Assembly (NCBI GenBank): GCA_023484045.1
Contig: JAMDAA010000001.1
Coordinates: 1-46,950 of the forward strand
DNA: 46,950 nucleotides
Reading direction: 5' to 3'
DNA from: Patescibacteria group bacterium
Lineage (GTDB): Bacteria; Patescibacteriota; Microgenomatia; Levybacterales; UBA12049
In this document: piece after piece, positions 28,110 to 36,633 of the stretch
How positions within the stretch are numbered: position 1 is the first letter of the stretch
Layout of the letters: the number at the start of each line of letters is the position of its first letter
Notes under the pieces: generated by a model
Databases searched by the model: none
The model's input: only the letters and a program-made list of their open reading frames with translations
Told to the model about the DNA's origin: nothing
Made by a program: the position numbers and the translations under genes

Positions 28110-28583
28110 ATGAGACACAAAAAAACCGAAAAAAGAATAATAGAACCGGACAAAATTTATAAAAACCGTCTAGTTGCGATTTTTATAAATAAAATTATGA
28201 AAGATGGTAAAAAAACGACAGCAGAGAAGGTTTTTTATGGTTCATTGGAAAAAATAAAACAACAGCAAAAAAACCCGGTCGATGTCTTTGAACTCGCGAT
28301 CCAAAACGTTGGGCCAAAAATCGAAGTTAAGCCAAGGAGAGTCGGTGGAGCATCATACCAGGTTCCGGCAGAAGTCAGAGGAGATCGAAGAGTTTCGCTC
28401 GCGATGCGATGGATAATCGCCGCGGCAAAAGCGAGATCAAGCAAGGATTACCGTGGTTTCGGTGAAAAATTAGCAGCAGAATTTTTAGATGCGTCACAAA
28501 ATTTGGGTGCTGCGATTAAAAAAAGAGACGTTGTTCAAAAACAAGCCGAAGCCAATAAAGCTTTTGCCCACTTCCGTTGGTAA
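28110..28583 (+). CDS. rpsG: 30S ribosomal protein S7
   Basis: MKDGKK, RRVGGASYQVP, AEANKAFAHFRW. Confidence 0.99.
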   Translation: MRHKKTEKRIIEPDKIYKNRLVAIFINKIMKDGKKTTAEKVFYGSLEKIKQQQKNPVDVFELAIQNVGPKIEVKPRRVGGASYQVPAEVRGDRRVSLAMRWIIAAAKARSSKDYRGFGEKLAAEFLDASQNLGAAIKKRDVVQKQAEANKAFAHFRW

Positions 28584-28587
28584 AAAT

Positions 28588-28911
28588 ATGTCGCCAGAAT
28601 ATATACCTCCAGAAGATGATGTTCGCATCAAATTTGTAAGAATTGGAGAAAATGTTATTGTCACAGATATAGGTTCTCCTCATGAAGGATTAGTTATTAA
28701 GGATGGTCTTTGGGAAACATTAATAGAACTTAGAAAGAAAGGAGATTTTGAACAATTAGACGCTGGTTTTCTTGCTTCCTTTGGAAGAAGAATACTTATT
28801 GGTGGAGGATCACAGAGCCTAGGTTTGCCAGTAGCAGAAGAAGCAAGGAAAATTTCTGTAGAAGTGATAAAAGCAAAAAGCCCAGATCACGAGGTTATCG
28901 GTAGATACTAA
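28588..28911 (+). CDS. hypothetical protein (107 aa)
   Basis: ATG 4 nt after the rpsG stop; the longer ORF-track start lies inside rpsG; no recognised motif. Confidence 0.65.
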   Translation: MSPEYIPPEDDVRIKFVRIGENVIVTDIGSPHEGLVIKDGLWETLIELRKKGDFEQLDAGFLASFGRRILIGGGSQSLGLPVAEEARKISVEVIKAKSPDHEVIGRY

Positions 28912-29534
28912 TTTCCAATCGAAATTCCCAGAATTTTCTCCCCGATTTCGATTTTCTTAACAACATCCATTCCCGAAGTTACGATTCCAAAATTTGTGTA
29001 TTGGTTGTTGAGCCATGAAGCGTCGGTTTTTGTGATGAAAAACTGCGCATCATTGGAAACTTTAATATCTTGTCCTCTTGCAACTCCCAAAGACCCGACA
29101 ATAAAGGGTTCACTGTTTAATTCAGTCGGCATTTTCCCGCCGCCGGTTCCATTACCAGATGGGTCCCCTCCCTGAATAACCCAATCTTCGACTCGGTGAA
29201 AAGTTAAATTGTTGTAAAATCCACTTTTTACTTTATCGGAAAAATTTTTCACTGTGTTTGGGGCTTTGTCAGAAAAAAGAGTGAGCGTTATATCGCCTTT
29301 ACTTGTTTTAATTACGGCTTTGGATATTTTATTTTCCTCTGGCGTAGGAGAAACAGTCGGGGAATTTACAGAAGGCTCTGAAACAACTTGAGTTGGTGTT
29401 AAGACTTGTGTTTGATCGGAACTGGTGCTTTCTCCTTTTAAGTCTGGCATTTTTATATTTGTTTTATTGGCAAATATTAGTATAGCAGAAACTCCGGCGA
29501 CAACTAAGATGATAAATAAAAATATTTTATTCAC
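28908..29534 (-). CDS. cyclophilin-type peptidyl-prolyl isomerase with N-terminal membrane anchor
   Basis: GFYNNLTFHRV...IQGGDP.G.GTGG, QFFIT, YTNFG.V..GMDVV; S/T/P-rich linker. Confidence 0.92.
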   Translation of the reverse strand: MNKIFLFIILVVAGVSAILIFANKTNIKMPDLKGESTSSDQTQVLTPTQVVSEPSVNSPTVSPTPEENKISKAVIKTSKGDITLTLFSDKAPNTVKNFSDKVKSGFYNNLTFHRVEDWVIQGGDPSGNGTGGGKMPTELNSEPFIVGSLGVARGQDIKVSNDAQFFITKTDASWLNNQYTNFGIVTSGMDVVKKIEIGEKILGISIGN

Positions 29535-29540
29535 TTTGCC

Positions 29541-29549
29541 ATTTTAACA
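29541..29549 (-). promoter_or_regulatory. extended -10 promoter of the cyclophilin, predicted leaderless
   Basis: minus strand TGtTAAAAT, 6 nt, GTG 29534. Confidence 0.55.
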
Positions 29550-29619
29550 AAAAACAAAAAAATAATCACTTAGTTTTTGCGCTTTGTTTATTTAAACTAT
29601 AGAATCTGAGGATAAATTA

Positions 29620-29628
29620 TGATATACT
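29620..29628 (+). promoter_or_regulatory. extended -10 promoter of fusA
   Basis: TGaTATACT, 45 nt upstream of the fusA ATG. Confidence 0.5.
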
Positions 29629-29637
29629 TTGGACAAT

Positions 29638-29671
29638 CTCAAATCTCAAAGATCTAAGATTTGAGTTTTTT
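29638..29671 (+). terminator. hairpin plus U-tract in the fusA leader (terminator/attenuator-like)
   Basis: ctcaaatct/agatttgag 9-bp stem followed by tttttt, ending just before ATG 29674. Confidence 0.35.
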
Positions 29672-29673
29672 AT

Positions 29674-31818
29674 ATGGCAGACGAGAAAAGAGAAACGGAT
29701 TTAAATAAAATCCGAAACATCGGAATTATTGCACATATCGACGCCGGTAAAACTACAACGACAGAACGTATTTTGTTTTATACGGGCAGAACCTACAAGA
29801 TCGGCGACATCGACGAGGGAACAACAGTTATGGACTGGATGGAGCAGGAAAGAGAGCGCGGAATTACGATCGTTTCGGCTGCTACAACCGCTTTTTGGAC
29901 TCACTCGGATTTAACAAGTCAAGGAAAAAAAGATTTATACAGAATAAATATTATCGATACTCCCGGACACGTTGATTTTACAGCCGAAGTCGAGAGATCT
30001 CTTCGTGTTTTAGATGGTGGCATCACAGTTTTAGACGCAGAAGAAGGAGTTCAGTCCCAATCCGAAACAGTCTGGCGACAGGCAGATAAATATAAAGTCC
30101 CGAGAATTTGTTTTGTTAATAAAATGGACAAACTCGGCGCGGACTTTTTGGCGACGGTTAAATCGATCGAAGACAGACTCGGAGCAAACCCTGCGATTAT
30201 GGTTTTACCGGTCGGCGCAGAGCAAACTTTTAGAGGCATTGTCGATCTTTTAACAAAAAAAGTTCTTATCTGGGGATCGGATGAACTCGGGGCAAAATAC
30301 GAGACGAAAGATGAAATTCCGTCAGAAATGAAAGACGAGGTCGAACAATATCGTCACAAACTAATCGAAAAAATTGCAGAAACAGATGATGTATTACTAG
30401 AAAAATATCTTGCTAACGAAGAACCTACAGTAAAAGAATTAAAAGATGCTTTAAGAAGAGCGGTAATAGCGTATAAATTAGTGCCGATTTATGCCGGATC
30501 TTCACTTCGGAATAAAGGGGTTCAGCCGCTTTTGGATGCTGTTATAGATTATTTACCATCGCCTTTGGAGACACCTCCTATAAAAGGATTAAACTCAAAA
30601 ACAGGAGAAGAGGAAACACGGGAGTCTGATCCAAAAGGACCAATCGCCGGTCTTGCTTTTAAAATCCAGATCGATCCGCACGTCGGAAGACTTACATATT
30701 TCAGAGTATATTCGGGAACAATCGCGTCAGGATCGTATATTCATAATAGTGTAAAAAACACAACTGAGAGAATTGGAAGAATTCTTCTGATGCACGCAAA
30801 CCATAGAGAGGAAATAAAAGAGGCGCTTGCAGGAGAAATAGTTGCTTTAGTTGGATTAAAAGAAACAGGAACAGGAGATACGCTTTGTGACGAAAAACAA
30901 CCGATAATTTTAGAAAAAATTACTTTTCCGGAACCTGTTATTTCGCTCGCGATCGAACCAAAAACTAAAGCAGATCAGGAAAAACTTGGATTTGCGCTTA
31001 AAAGATTATCCGAAGAAGACCCGACATTTGGAATCAAAACAAATCACGAGACGGGTCAAACTATAATTTCGGGAATGGGAGAATTGCAACTAGAAATTAT
31101 GGTCGACCGGATGAAGCGCGAATTTAATGTTTTGGCAAATGTAGGAGCACCGCAGGTAGCCTACAAAGAAACAGTAAAAATTAAAGCCGAAGCAGAGGGA
31201 AAATATATTCGGCAGTCCGGAGGACGCGGACAATACGGGCATTGTTTCTTGCGCGTTGAGCCAAAACCCAGAGGCGAAGGAAATGAGTTCGTCAATGCGA
31301 TTAAGGGAGGAGCGATTCCGCAGGAGTTTATCGGTTCGGTCGAAAAAGGATCTAAAGAATCGATGGAAAACGGAGCTCTTCTTGGATACCCTTTGGTTGA
31401 CATGACAGTTACGCTTTACGACGGAAGTTATCACGACGTCGACTCTTCGGATATCGCGTTTAAGATCGCGGCCAGCATGGCTTTACAATCAGCCGTTAAA
31501 AAAGCAGAGATTACACTTTTGGAGCCGATAATGAAGGTAGAAGTTACAACGCCATCGGAATTTATGGGAGATGTGATCGGTGATTTGTCTGCAAAAAGGG
31601 CACAGATTTTAGGAACAGAAGAAAGGGCAAAGGCGACGATTATACTTTCAATGGTTCCACTCGCTGAACTTTCGGGTTACGCGACAACGCTTCGATCAAT
31701 GTCTCAAGGTCGTGCCAGCTACTATATGGAACCATCACATTACGAAGAAGTTCCGCGAAACATAATCGAGCAGATGCTCGCCAAATCCACATTTACCGGC
31801 AGAGTCGGGGAGAGATAA
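29674..31818 (+). CDS. fusA: elongation factor G
   Basis: [26 protein letters not shown]; domain [13 protein letters not shown] and DVDSS. Confidence 0.99.
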   Translation: MADEKRETDLNKIRNIGIIAHIDAGKTTTTERILFYTGRTYKIGDIDEGTTVMDWMEQERERGITIVSAATTAFWTHSDLTSQGKKDLYRINIIDTPGHVDFTAEVERSLRVLDGGITVLDAEEGVQSQSETVWRQADKYKVPRICFVNKMDKLGADFLATVKSIEDRLGANPAIMVLPVGAEQTFRGIVDLLTKKVLIWGSDELGAKYETKDEIPSEMKDEVEQYRHKLIEKIAETDDVLLEKYLANEEPTVKELKDALRRAVIAYKLVPIYAGSSLRNKGVQPLLDAVIDYLPSPLETPPIKGLNSKTGEEETRESDPKGPIAGLAFKIQIDPHVGRLTYFRVYSGTIASGSYIHNSVKNTTERIGRILLMHANHREEIKEALAGEIVALVGLKETGTGDTLCDEKQPIILEKITFPEPVISLAIEPKTKADQEKLGFALKRLSEEDPTFGIKTNHETGQTIISGMGELQLEIMVDRMKREFNVLANVGAPQVAYKETVKIKAEAEGKYIRQSGGRGQYGHCFLRVEPKPRGEGNEFVNAIKGGAIPQEFIGSVEKGSKESMENGALLGYPLVDMTVTLYDGSYHDVDSSDIAFKIAASMALQSAVKKAEITLLEPIMKVEVTTPSEFMGDVIGDLSAKRAQILGTEERAKATIILSMVPLAELSGYATTLRSMSQGRASYYMEPSHYEEVPRNIIEQMLAKSTFTGRVGER

Positions 31819-31826
31819 TCATTTTC

Positions 31827-31855
31827 TTGCAGAAATTATTCTTCTGAAATATAAT
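31827..31855 (+). promoter_or_regulatory. promoter of the DinB-GNAT unit
   Basis: TTGCAG (31827-31832), 17 nt, TATAAT (31850-31855). Confidence 0.6.
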
Positions 31856-31869
31856 CTCAGCATAGTTAT

Positions 31870-32353
31870 ATGAATTTTAGAAATTCTTTGCTTGAAATAA
31901 TTTTTAACTCTTTTAAATGGGCGAGGAATAATACAATTGAAATTTTAGAACAGGCAGAACAGAATAATATTCTTTCTTTCACTCCCAAAAATTCAAAATT
32001 TACTTTTCAGTCGATTGCTTTTCAATTTCAATGCATTGTCACAACAACAGATACTTATTTATCGAAAATTAACAAAAAACAATAATCAACAGTTTGGAGT
32101 TTTACTGCAAAAAGGCAAGATTCTTAATAAGAAAGATATTGAGACAGAAGAATTAAAAAAATTATTAAAATCACAGCTTGTTGTTTTGGAGGAATTACTT
32201 AGAGATTTTGACGAAGATCAAATTAAAGATAATATCGAGTCGATAATATCACTATTAAGTCATGAACATCTTCATCAAGGTCAGCTTGTTGTAATGCTTA
32301 GAGAAGCGGGAATAGATTTACCCGAGAGGTTTAAAAAATCTTGGAATATATGA
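31870..32353 (+). pseudogene. DinB/DUF664-like protein split by a 1-nt insertion near 32058-32060
   Basis: ORFs 31870-32085 and 32015-32353 join as ...TTTDTY|YRKLTK... if one T is removed from tatttatcga, giving 160 aa; C-terminal HEHLHQGQL DinB-type His motif. Confidence 0.75.
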
Positions 32354-32907
32354 AACAAGGAAGAGTGGTTTTTGAAGGAACAACAAAAAAGGAGAATAAA
32401 ATAGTAATCAGATATGTTACAAGATATGACGCTCCGGAAATGCGAAGGCTAATAAATGAAATTTCAAAAGAAAAATCATTTATACGATTTCAAGGGGAGG
32501 AAATTAGTGTCGAGGAGGAAGAAAAATATCTTAAGGAGGAGCTTAATAAAGTTGAAAAGGGAACAGCAGTGAAACTTCATGCGTTTTTCGAAGATAAACT
32601 TATCGGAGTAGCAGACATTCATCTAAGAGATAAAGTTGAGAACCATGAGGGTACATTCGGGATAATAGTCGCAAAAGAATTTCGGGGAGAAGGAATCGGA
32701 AGGTTATTAATGGAATTTGCTTTAAAAGAAGCAGAAAAAGAGCTTCTGGGACTTAGAATTATCACGCTCGGTGTTTTCGGAGGAAATGATTTAGCTGAGA
32801 AAATGTATAAGAGCTTCGGATTTAAAGAATACGGAAGACTTCCTGAGGGAATTTTGAGAAGAGGAAAATACATAGATCACGTTTTTATGTATAAAAAGAT
32901 AAGGTAA
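32350..32907 (+). CDS. GNAT family N-acetyltransferase
   Basis: IVAKEFRGEGIGRLLM acetyl-CoA motif, N..A..MY.SFGFKEYG; ATGA overlap with the DinB stop. Confidence 0.92.
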   Translation: MKQGRVVFEGTTKKENKIVIRYVTRYDAPEMRRLINEISKEKSFIRFQGEEISVEEEEKYLKEELNKVEKGTAVKLHAFFEDKLIGVADIHLRDKVENHEGTFGIIVAKEFRGEGIGRLLMEFALKEAEKELLGLRIITLGVFGGNDLAEKMYKSFGFKEYGRLPEGILRRGKYIDHVFMYKKIR

Positions 32908-32955
32908 CTTCTCGTTTTATTTCTCCCCGTTGACTAAAAGAGGTAGAATTAAAGT

Positions 32956-34122
32956 ATGTTTAAAAAGATTCCGAAGAATGTTTTTGTTTTGGGATTGGTT
33001 AGTTTTTTCAACGACACGGCCTCGGAAATGGTTTATCCGATTATTCCGATATTTTTGACTTCGGTTTTGGGTGCCCCGATCTCAATAGTTGGTTTAATCG
33101 AGGGGATTGCCGAGGCGACAGCGTCGGTAATGAAATTTGTTTCGGGATATATTTCGGACAAAGCACAAAAGCGAAAAATTTTTGTTATCGGGGGATACGG
33201 ATTAGGCTCAATTTCTAAATTGTTAATCGGATTTGCGTATTCCTGGCCTTTTGTTCTTTTTGCGCGGTTTATCGATAGATTGGGAAAAGGAGTCAGGACT
33301 GCGGCGCGCGATTCACTCCTTTTACAAAATACCACGTCGCAGAATAAAGGTTATATTTTCGGTTTTCACCGCGCGATGGATTCGGCGGGGGCGGTCTTGG
33401 GACCATTATTAGCGATCCTTCTTTTAACATATTTTAATGAAAATATAAGGACGATTTTTTTCCTTGCGTTTATCCCTTCTTTTATCGGAGTTTTACTTTT
33501 AATAATTTTTGTCAGAGAAAAGAGACAAGAGAAAACAGGAGAAAAAATAAAAATAAAACTTAGATGGCGAGGTTTGAATTCAAAATTTCAATTATTTTTT
33601 ATAATCAGTATGATTTTTGCGCTTGGCAACAGTTCGGACGCATTTTTAATTTTAAGATCAAAACAACTTGGATTAACAACGGTTTTAGTCGTTTTAACCT
33701 ATGTTTTATATAATCTTTCGCAAACCATTTTTTCGACACCGGGTGGAAGACTCGCTGATAAAATCGGCGCGCGAAAAGTTTTTGCGTTCGGATTAATCGT
33801 TTTTGCGTTTGTGTATTTTGTTTTTGGAATAATTAATAATCCTCTATGGGTTTGGATCGTTTTTCCAGTCTACGGAATTTACATAGCATTCACAGACGGA
33901 GTTTCTAGAGCGTATATCAGTGAATTTGTCGAGCAGAGAGAATCGGGAACATATTTTGGGGTTTACCAAATGGGAATAGCCTTGTGTGGTTTTTTTGCAT
34001 CATTTATCGGAGGAATTTTATGGACAAGTTTTGGCCCGCAATGGACATTTTTCTTCGGCGCCATAATGGCAATTTTAGCCTTAATAATTCTTATTTATGG
34101 AAAAATCTTTAGTGAGATTTAG
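32956..34122 (+). CDS. MFS transporter
   Basis: about 12 hydrophobic segments; motif A variants GYISDKAQKRK and GRLADKIGARK; TAGAAT (32944-32949) 6 nt before the ATG. Confidence 0.92.
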   Translation: MFKKIPKNVFVLGLVSFFNDTASEMVYPIIPIFLTSVLGAPISIVGLIEGIAEATASVMKFVSGYISDKAQKRKIFVIGGYGLGSISKLLIGFAYSWPFVLFARFIDRLGKGVRTAARDSLLLQNTTSQNKGYIFGFHRAMDSAGAVLGPLLAILLLTYFNENIRTIFFLAFIPSFIGVLLLIIFVREKRQEKTGEKIKIKLRWRGLNSKFQLFFIISMIFALGNSSDAFLILRSKQLGLTTVLVVLTYVLYNLSQTIFSTPGGRLADKIGARKVFAFGLIVFAFVYFVFGIINNPLWVWIVFPVYGIYIAFTDGVSRAYISEFVEQRESGTYFGVYQMGIALCGFFASFIGGILWTSFGPQWTFFFGAIMAILALIILIYGKIFSEI

Positions 34123-34154
34123 TTCGATGGATTATATATAATATTACTAGGAAA

Positions 34155-34811
34155 ATGAGAAAATTTAATCCTGTTAGTTTTTTTTGGATCTTGCCTTATT
34201 GGATTGTTTTTACTTCTGGTTTTATTCTTTTTATAGTCATCGCTTTTAAGAGAAATTCCTTGATTGATCTTATCGAGGCGTTTGCATTCGTTTCATTAAT
34301 AGTCTTTTTCTATTTGATAAAAGCAAGATTCGGTTTAGTTTTTAATGAAAAAGAAATGCTTATAAACCACTTTACAGGAAAAAGGTATATAATTCCCGCG
34401 GAATCGATAAGAGGTGTTTTTGTAAGAAAGGGTATTGTGGGAAGAATTTTTGGCTTATCTGATTTATTTATAGAGTTTTTTGATCCAAAAGTCATGAATA
34501 AATATCCTATGAAATTTTTGGGTCTTCCTATTAAAGATGGTTCTCTTTTAGATTTTCCGGGTGTTTGGGGAAATTTAATTTGTATTCCCTCAGTGTCTTT
34601 AAAAAATGTAAATTTAATTACATCAGAAATTAATAGAATAACAGGAAAAAATTTTATAACAGCAGATTTAGGGGTGTCTTTTCCTTGGTACAGAAGGCTT
34701 TCAAAAATAAATTACTTTTTGTCTTTATCATTAATATTATTAATAACGGTTCTTGTTATAGTAGTTATAGTTTTATATTTTTTACTTAATTACTTTATTG
34801 CCAAACAGTAG
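34155..34811 (+). CDS. membrane protein with bacterial PH-like domain
   Basis: two N-terminal TM helices, IRGVFVRKGIVGRIFGLSDL pattern, C-terminal TM. Confidence 0.5.
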   Translation: MRKFNPVSFFWILPYWIVFTSGFILFIVIAFKRNSLIDLIEAFAFVSLIVFFYLIKARFGLVFNEKEMLINHFTGKRYIIPAESIRGVFVRKGIVGRIFGLSDLFIEFFDPKVMNKYPMKFLGLPIKDGSLLDFPGVWGNLICIPSVSLKNVNLITSEINRITGKNFITADLGVSFPWYRRLSKINYFLSLSLILLITVLVIVVIVLYFLLNYFIAKQ

Positions 34812-34825
34812 GGATTTTCTTTTAC

Positions 34826-34960
34826 ATGGAAGAATCTTCAAAAAAATCCGAAACCACTAAGCCAAAAAATTATGAATTTTTCAGGTGGATCGCGATTGGT
34901 TTTTCGATCGTCTCTTTTTTCACCGCAATCGCTATCATTTTATTTCTAATTTTTCATTAA
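34826..34960 (+). CDS. small tail-anchored membrane protein (44 aa), not in the ORF track
   Basis: MEESSKKSETTKPKNYEFFRWIAIGFSIVSFFTAIAIILFLIFH; fills the gap between neighbours. Confidence 0.55.
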   Translation: MEESSKKSETTKPKNYEFFRWIAIGFSIVSFFTAIAIILFLIFH

Positions 34961-34981
34961 ATTGCTTTGGGCTCTTTTTAA

Positions 34982-35010
34982 TTGACTCTGGAATCTAACT
35001 CTTCTACAAT
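34982..35010 (+). promoter_or_regulatory. promoter of the methyltransferase-like gene, predicted leaderless
   Basis: TTGACT (34982-34987), 17 nt, TACAAT (35005-35010), 7 nt, ATG 35018. Confidence 0.6.
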
Positions 35011-35017
35011 TCCCATT

Positions 35018-35704
35018 ATGGAAACAGATTATTTTAAAACAGATAGCATGCTGATTGCTGCGATAAAGGAACAAGAAAAGAAAAGGCCAAATTACAGAAG
35101 AGATAGAGGATTATTGGAATACAGCTATCTCATTGATCTTGATTTGCCTAGTATTTCTAGAAAATTTATTAGAGAGAAAGGATTTTTTAAATGGTACGAT
35201 ATGTGTTGCGGTGATTTTAATATTGGTAGAGATTTCGTCCATTCTTATTCTTCTCTCTTTCTCAATAAACTTGAAATAAGAGGCATAGATATAGATATCA
35301 AAACGCCGGAAGATCAAATTTCTTACGATGGGGCATTAATTATTAGTAAGGGAAATGTGATAAGCTATCCAATACCGCCTGATGTTGATTTAATTACTTG
35401 TGTTAACGGTCTCTATTTAATTGATGAAGTACTTGGATTTAATAAAGTTTGTGAAGCCATTGAGCATTGGTATAATTCCTTATCGGTGGGAGGATTACTT
35501 CTAACAATGAGAGAGCGTCCTTTAATTGGACACGGGACAAGCTCTTTTAATATTGCAAAATATCTCAAATCACAATTGGGAGACTCTGTAGAGGATCATG
35601 AATCCTCCTTACTTGAACCCATGGATCGTCATGACTATATCAGAATTACAAAATTAAGTCCTAATCACCTTAGTGTTCCTCGTTCTTTTGGAAGCTCTGT
35701 ATAA
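35018..35704 (+). CDS. class I SAM-dependent methyltransferase-like protein
   Basis: WYDMCCGDF motif I variant, IRGIDID motif II, DLIT.V motif IV, W.NSLSVGG. Confidence 0.55.
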   Translation: METDYFKTDSMLIAAIKEQEKKRPNYRRDRGLLEYSYLIDLDLPSISRKFIREKGFFKWYDMCCGDFNIGRDFVHSYSSLFLNKLEIRGIDIDIKTPEDQISYDGALIISKGNVISYPIPPDVDLITCVNGLYLIDEVLGFNKVCEAIEHWYNSLSVGGLLLTMRERPLIGHGTSSFNIAKYLKSQLGDSVEDHESSLLEPMDRHDYIRITKLSPNHLSVPRSFGSSV

Positions 35705-35735
35705 AATTATGTATTCACTTTAATGATATATATCA

Positions 35736-36182
35736 TTAAAGTATTTCAGAGGCTGATTTAATTGTATCTTTTATTTTCATTAATACATTTTTTGGGATTT
35801 TGAAGTTTTTATTATAAGGAGCGTAGTTTTTGCCCCAATTTTTGTCTTCGAAAGCTATTCCCTTAAAAACAACCTTTTTAGAATAGCGCGGAATAAAATG
35901 TAAATGAACGTGCCTTTCAACATTTCCCAAAGTCGCGTAATTAAACATATCGGCGCCGAAAACTTTTTTTACGACATCTCTTAAATTTTTGGTAATTTTA
36001 AACAACTCTTTTAATTCGTTTTCGTTAATGTCAAAAAAATCTTCGAGATGTCTTTTCAGTAAAATTACACATCTGCCTAAATAGTATTGATCTTCCTGCA
36101 ATCCTATTTTCCAATATTTATATTCTTTAATATCGAGTTTTTTATATTTCTCCGGCGGATTGCAAACTTCACACCCGTTGAT
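35736..36182 (-). CDS. HIT family hydrolase; frame open from an ATC at 36182
   Basis: HVHLH histidine triad; the in-frame extension upstream of the ORF-track TTG (36101) reads INGCEVCNPPEKYKKLDIKEYKYWKIG, including a CxxC. Confidence 0.8.
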   Translation of the reverse strand: MNGCEVCNPPEKYKKLDIKEYKYWKIGLQEDQYYLGRCVILLKRHLEDFFDINENELKELFKITKNLRDVVKKVFGADMFNYATLGNVERHVHLHFIPRYSKKVVFKGIAFEDKNWGKNYAPYNKNFKIPKNVLMKIKDTIKSASEIL

Positions 36183-36188
36183 TACTTG

Positions 36189-36197
36189 ATTATATCA
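36189..36197 (-). promoter_or_regulatory. extended -10 promoter of the HIT gene
   Basis: minus strand TGaTATAAT, 6 nt, ATC 36182. Confidence 0.6.
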
Positions 36198-36242
36198 AAA
36201 CATTTTTCATTTTTTATTAATTTATGTATAATAGCAAGCTAT

Positions 36243-36560
36243 ATGCTAGAAAGATTGATAAGTATCAAGACTCGAATTTGTAGAGAAATTTATATCTCCC
36301 CTGCAAAAGAATTGGAGGAATTTGCTTCGAAAGTTTTGCGGGGCGAGATTCCTGATTTTGCGGAAGGCGGCAAGAAAGTTCAATTAATCGATTTTTATGG
36401 GGATAGAGCCCGTTTTCGAATTCCTTGGGGAAAAGACGGACTGGAGAAAAGTTTTCATGCAGTAGTACATCCAGATACAGGACAAGTTTATTATAAATGT
36501 GAAGGTTTTTTTATGTCTGACAAACATGATTGGTCGAAAAATACTGATTTTGGGTCTTGA
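36243..36560 (+). CDS. hypothetical protein (105 aa)
   Basis: ATG 10 nt after TATAAT (36227-36232); the longer ORF-track start overlaps the HIT gene and its promoter. Confidence 0.6.
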   Translation: MLERLISIKTRICREIYISPAKELEEFASKVLRGEIPDFAEGGKKVQLIDFYGDRARFRIPWGKDGLEKSFHAVVHPDTGQVYYKCEGFFMSDKHDWSKNTDFGS

Positions 36561-36585
36561 CGGCGGGTGAAAAATATTGTATATT
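36557..36585 (+). promoter_or_regulatory. promoter of tuf-rpsJ
   Basis: TTGACG (36557-36562), 17 nt, TATATT (36580-36585). Confidence 0.6.
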
Positions 36586-36633
36586 CCATTTATCCTTAAA
36601 AAAGATTAGGAATATATTTTTGTTGTAAATAAT

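Noticed and set aside
29890-29945. EF-G insertion [11 protein letters not shown] as another repeat-derived loop
   Set aside because: No palindrome or repeat match in the DNA, and this position is length-variable in EF-G generally.
36575-36585. Half-site tattgtatatt of the TrpR-like palindrome overlapping the tuf -10
   Set aside because: Only one AT-rich half-site with no partner arm; expected by chance.
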